A stretch of 64,000 nt of DNA from the NCBI GenBank assembly GCA_036339735.1, contig JAYZAL010000036.1, positions 96,001 through 160,000 of the forward strand, given 5' to 3'. Shown piece after piece: positions 59,978 to 64,000 of this stretch; the stretch's first letter is position 1; each line of letters opens with the position of its first letter. The notes below the pieces were generated by a model. The model was given only the letters and a program-made list of their open reading frames with translations, made no database searches and had not been told where the DNA came from. A program made the position numbers and the translations under genes. The stretch is from Candidatus Poribacteria bacterium (GTDB taxonomy: Bacteria > Poribacteria > WGA-4E > UBA9662).

Positions 59978-62022
59978 AAAAAACACAGATATTACCTCAT
60001 ACATCGCACCCAGAACTTGAAGAACAAGCTCTGGCCTTACGTAAAAATGGTCGCTTGACAGAAGCCACCAATCTATGTCGGGAAATAATCGACAACAATC
60101 CTGCCAATTTTAAGGCCCTGCATTTATTAGGCATAATAGCAATTGAGACTCAGCAATATGAACAAGGAGTCGAATTTCTAATGCAAGCATTAGAAATTTT
60201 TCCCTTGTATGTGGAGGCCTATATTAATCTTGGAGTAGCTTTGGAAAAATTAGAATTGTTTGAAGACGCGCAGTTTTGCTTCCAAAAATCCATTGAGATC
60301 GAGCCTCTGCAATTTTCCGGCTACCATAACTTAGCATCTTTTTATAAAAAACAGGATAGATGGGCTGATGTTGTGTCTATTCTTGAAGACGGAATTGAAG
60401 CTGGAGAAAAATATCGACTCGAATTGAATACAGATGATAATACCCTGGAACCATCTTTCACTGATCTGTACTTCCGCTTAGGATTAATCCAAAAAGAACA
60501 AAACCAAATCGAATCTGCTATTCGTAACTTTGAAACAGTTCTGCTTTTGGATCCAATTCAAGAGGAGGCTCATTTCCGCCTAGCGGAGCTATTATTTGAA
60601 CGCTTAAAGAACGAGTACCCACAACAGCTTGAGGCAACAGCTCTGATTAACCGCCAACTGCAAGATAAAGTTACTTCCAACCTTGATCTGGATGACATCA
60701 ATCGCATTATCCAACTCTACCAAGAGGGGCTGAGAATTAACCCGAAAGACCATAGAGCTCATCATAATTTGGGGTTTGTACAGATGTTATCAGGTCAACA
60801 TCAAGCTGCCGAAAAGTCATTTAAAAAGGCAATTGATCTCGATTCCAACCATTCCCCTTCTTACTCTAAATTGGGAGATATTTTTAGTGATCGCAATGAT
60901 ATAGAACAGGCAATCCACTACTACCAAGAAGGCTTAAGGGTCCAACCTAATGACTTCATTACCCGAGCCAATCTGGGGATTGCTCTAATGCACAAGGGTG
61001 AAATAGAAGCAGCCATTAGTGAATTGAGAATCGCTATTGCCCTCAACCCTGATTCGGCAGAAGTCCACTTCAACTTGAGTTCCTTATTACTTTTATTGGG
61101 TAAATACGAAGAGGGTTGGTCTGAGTATGAATATCGACTAGATATGAATTTCTTAAGTCGTAACCAAGTCCGATCACGTCAATTTACAAAAACAAAATGG
61201 GCCGGTCAGGATCTAGAAGGGAGTACGATCTTAGTCTATGATGAACAAGGTTTTGGGGACTCGATTCAGTTTATTCGTTTTTTGCACCTCATTGAAGCAA
61301 GAGGTGGGAAAGTAATCCTAGAAACCTCACCTCTACTTTATGATCTGTTTCAACAGTTTAATCAGCTGACTATCGTCGAACAAATCATTAGTAAAGACGA
61401 CTCTGATACTGATTTGGATAGTCTTAACTATGAATATTACGCTTCATTAATCAGCCTGCCTTATCTGTTTGGTATAACCTTGGATAACATCCCAGCAGCT
61501 GATTCATATTTGGCGGGGCGGCCTGATAAAATAGTCAGTGGAATTAGTTCAGATTCTAAGTGCGAACATAAACGAAGAGTCGGTCTGGTCTGGGCTGGCA
61601 GTAAAACTCATAGGAATGATCATAATCGCTCCATAGACTTAAATCAACTAAAGCTACTACTGCCTAGAGAAGATTGCGAATTTTATAGCCTACAAGTAGG
61701 CAGAGAGAACAGTGAGAACGATCAGATTCTAGGAGAGTTCGGTGTCAGCGATCTTAGTTCACAGTTGACGGACTTTTCTATGACAGCCTCGGCCATTTTA
61801 CAACTTGATTTAATTATTACTGTAGATACCGCAGTTGCACATTTAGCAGGTGCGTTGGGCAAACAAGTTTGGACGTTGATTCCATTTATCCCTGATTGGC
61901 GTTGGCTGATGGAAAGGTCGGACTCACCATGGTATTCGTCCATGCAACTATTTCGTCAACCGAAACGTGGTGATTGGGAAAGTGTTTTGATAGAGGTTGA
62001 TCAAACTCTCGATAAACTTTAA
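59974..62022 (+). CDS. TPR-repeat protein with C-terminal glycosyltransferase-like domain
   Basis: Many TPRs; EQGFGDSIQFIR, GLVWAG, DLIITVDTAVAHLAGALG, DWRW, SPWY. Confidence 0.88.
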   Translation: MKKTQILPHTSHPELEEQALALRKNGRLTEATNLCREIIDNNPANFKALHLLGIIAIETQQYEQGVEFLMQALEIFPLYVEAYINLGVALEKLELFEDAQFCFQKSIEIEPLQFSGYHNLASFYKKQDRWADVVSILEDGIEAGEKYRLELNTDDNTLEPSFTDLYFRLGLIQKEQNQIESAIRNFETVLLLDPIQEEAHFRLAELLFERLKNEYPQQLEATALINRQLQDKVTSNLDLDDINRIIQLYQEGLRINPKDHRAHHNLGFVQMLSGQHQAAEKSFKKAIDLDSNHSPSYSKLGDIFSDRNDIEQAIHYYQEGLRVQPNDFITRANLGIALMHKGEIEAAISELRIAIALNPDSAEVHFNLSSLLLLLGKYEEGWSEYEYRLDMNFLSRNQVRSRQFTKTKWAGQDLEGSTILVYDEQGFGDSIQFIRFLHLIEARGGKVILETSPLLYDLFQQFNQLTIVEQIISKDDSDTDLDSLNYEYYASLISLPYLFGITLDNIPAADSYLAGRPDKIVSGISSDSKCEHKRRVGLVWAGSKTHRNDHNRSIDLNQLKLLLPREDCEFYSLQVGRENSENDQILGEFGVSDLSSQLTDFSMTASAILQLDLIITVDTAVAHLAGALGKQVWTLIPFIPDWRWLMERSDSPWYSSMQLFRQPKRGDWESVLIEVDQTLDKL

Positions 62023-62036
62023 CAACAAATATAGTA

Positions 62037-62927
62037 TTAGGATAGCCAACGTCTCAAATCGCAGGTAACAGCCCAATCGCTCAGTACAATTGTACGTAAT
62101 TGATTAAGAGCCTGATAATAGCGATTTTTGAGATTGCCCCACTCATTCATGAGAATCTGAGCAAATCCAGATTCTGGCCTTGCGACAGCCCGTACAATTC
62201 GGTCAAGTATAATCAAATAGAACAACATGACGTGTCCATCGAATTGACGTAGTGTGTTTTTATCGGTTGATTGTGCTAACACCTTTCGGTTTAGTAATGA
62301 GAAAAATTGTCCATTAGAGTTCCCAGATCCAAGAGAAGTTAGGTACTGAACTAGCCGTCGGGTTGGCCAGTCCCAACCCACCGATTCAAAATCGATGAAG
62401 TATGGTTTCAATTGGTCGTTCAATACGATGTTTTTTGTTTGATAGTCGAGAGGGCCAAAGGTCATTGGAGATTGTTTCAGGACGTCTATAAGTTCCTTCC
62501 ACCTACCTGCTAGTACTGAAGGTTGAACACATTTTGTCAATAATAGATTAAAAATCCTGAATCCGGTTTGACTAGTTTTATCAAAATCAAACAAGGCATT
62601 GTTGGCAGTAGCAGCCACATTAATTGAAGAAAAAGCTAGCTCCAACCTCGAATAGGCCGAAAGTACTTCACTGACGATTCGGTTGAATTTGGCTGCTGAT
62701 TGCTGATTTTGGATCAAATCCTCTAGCGTTTGGTCTCCGCACCAACTCATCAGCAATAGGTATTCGTTGTCTGAATACCTTACTAAATCAGGCACAGGAA
62801 GATTGTGATCTATCTGAGATGACAAAGTTGAAAACACTGTTTTCTCAGTTTGATAGGCTAATGTGTGACTAGATGAATATTGTTTAAGTATACTAAACTT
62901 GGATCGGCTAGGGAAACTATCTGCCAA
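62037..62927 (-). CDS. Aminoglycoside/choline phosphotransferase-fold protein
   Basis: LPVPDL, GPLDYQTKNI (Brenner-like), FIDFE; start uncertain. Confidence 0.65.
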   Translation of the reverse strand: MADSFPSRSKFSILKQYSSSHTLAYQTEKTVFSTLSSQIDHNLPVPDLVRYSDNEYLLLMSWCGDQTLEDLIQNQQSAAKFNRIVSEVLSAYSRLELAFSSINVAATANNALFDFDKTSQTGFRIFNLLLTKCVQPSVLAGRWKELIDVLKQSPMTFGPLDYQTKNIVLNDQLKPYFIDFESVGWDWPTRRLVQYLTSLGSGNSNGQFFSLLNRKVLAQSTDKNTLRQFDGHVMLFYLIILDRIVRAVARPESGFAQILMNEWGNLKNRYYQALNQLRTIVLSDWAVTCDLRRWLS

Positions 62928-63003
62928 TTGTACTTTCCATACACGACGATCTAGAGTTTCTTTGATAGAACGTACATGTAAAATCGGTAATTGTACAAAA
63001 ACG

Positions 63004-64000
63004 TTATTCGCCCAAATAAAGATCTCTTCCTTTTACTAAGGCTTCAATTTTACGATCAGCGATTGATCTTTTTAACATCCAAAAACCACAGTCCGGGTGG
63101 ACCCACCCGATTCTGTTGGGCCCCAGTTGTCGTTCAGCGATTTCGATACGACTGGCAACCTCATCTGCGGTCTCGATATGATTGACTTTAACATCAATGA
63201 CCCCAACACCAACTTTAATTCGATGATTAATTTCAGATAGGGCTTGTAAGTCTTCTACAGGACGATGAGCCAGCTCAAGTACTAAGTGATCACAACGAAG
63301 AGCATTTAAAAAGTCAACTAAAGCTCGCCAGCTACCTTTCTGGATCACTTGGCCACCATAATTGCCAAAACAAAAATGAACGGCCTTCTCGCCTGAAATG
63401 GCATCTAAAACAGTATTTATAGCTTCAGCTGCTAGTGGACCGTCAGTGGGGTTACCTGGAATATTGGCCTCATCGACCTGTACACATGCACAATTTAAGT
63501 CTGCTACCTGAGTTGCCAAAATTTCAGCGATTTCCATCAATACACTACCAAAACAGTCATAGTGTTTATCTAATAATGTTCTAGCTAACATGTATGGGCT
63601 TGTAACGGTAAATTTTAGATTTTGTCCAGCAATGGTAGTTGCTCGTTGACATGCTACTGGTAAATTTAACTCTCCCTCGTTTAACTTATCAATAATTACA
63701 CCAGCAGGTTTAGAACGGAATGCCATCGACTGCTTAGCTACAAATTCTTGCCAATCTTGGCGTCCAACTTGCTTTTGAAGGCCTGATAACGGACGAATAA
63801 AAAATTCAATCATCCCATTGGTATCCGGATGATTGACATCAAATCGGTACAGCTCACCATCTGTAGGTAAATCGATCCCCGACTGGCGTTGAATGTCAAT
63901 TACCACACGAGTTGCATCGATTAAAGCCTGCTCGCTTGGCATTGTAGATAGCCAGACCGGTACGGGATAAGAACCGACGGTAGTCGTCAAAATTGATTTA
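63004..64000 (-). CDS. Short cobalamin-independent methionine synthase-like protein (single-barrel MetE fold); start probably beyond the window
   Basis: TTVGSYPVP, TDGE, QVDE, HFC and PDCG Zn ligands; frame open to the window end. Confidence 0.85.
   Translation of the reverse strand, partial: KSILTTTVGSYPVPVWLSTMPSEQALIDATRVVIDIQRQSGIDLPTDGELYRFDVNHPDTNGMIEFFIRPLSGLQKQVGRQDWQEFVAKQSMAFRSKPAGVIIDKLNEGELNLPVACQRATTIAGQNLKFTVTSPYMLARTLLDKHYDCFGSVLMEIAEILATQVADLNCACVQVDEANIPGNPTDGPLAAEAINTVLDAISGEKAVHFCFGNYGGQVIQKGSWRALVDFLNALRCDHLVLELAHRPVEDLQALSEINHRIKVGVGVIDVKVNHIETADEVASRIEIAERQLGPNRIGWVHPDCGFWMLKRSIADRKIEALVKGRDLYLGE

Overview
Gene-dense, AT-rich bacterial chromosomal segment with no transposase, integrase, prophage or CRISPR array that I can see. 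The mix of families suggests Candidatus Poribacteria or a similar marine lineage (inference only): orphan EutN/CcmL microcompartment vertex genes, DUF6785-type membrane protein, CRTAC1/ASPIC-UnbV, HEAT and TPR proteins, PorV-like barrel, sulfatase. Main contents: ribD-ribE-ribBA-ribH-hisH; an NtrB/NtrC-like pair; three tRNAs followed by tilS-hpt; urtA-amt-urtBCDE-ureD-ureA behind a clear sigma54 promoter with an NtrC-type site; fumC; pabB; a siroheme sulfite/nitrite reductase-HEPN-TusA fusion with a hypothetical gene and moeB; SMUG1; pheA; a MetE-like gene. The top finding is absent from the ORF track. At 51783-52037 an 84-aa DUF5069-like protein has an in-frame TGA at the position of the family's conserved Cys, followed by a SECIS-like hairpin, so it is a probable selenoprotein. 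It ends a dodecin / glutaredoxin-thioredoxin reductase fusion gene cluster. Also notable: Cys/His-rich additions on UrtA and UrtC, a NifA-like GAF in the NtrB-like kinase, a HAD resembling the plant TH2 thiamine-monophosphate phosphatase, and several apparent pseudo-enzymes. All family assignments come from motif recognition, not database searches.
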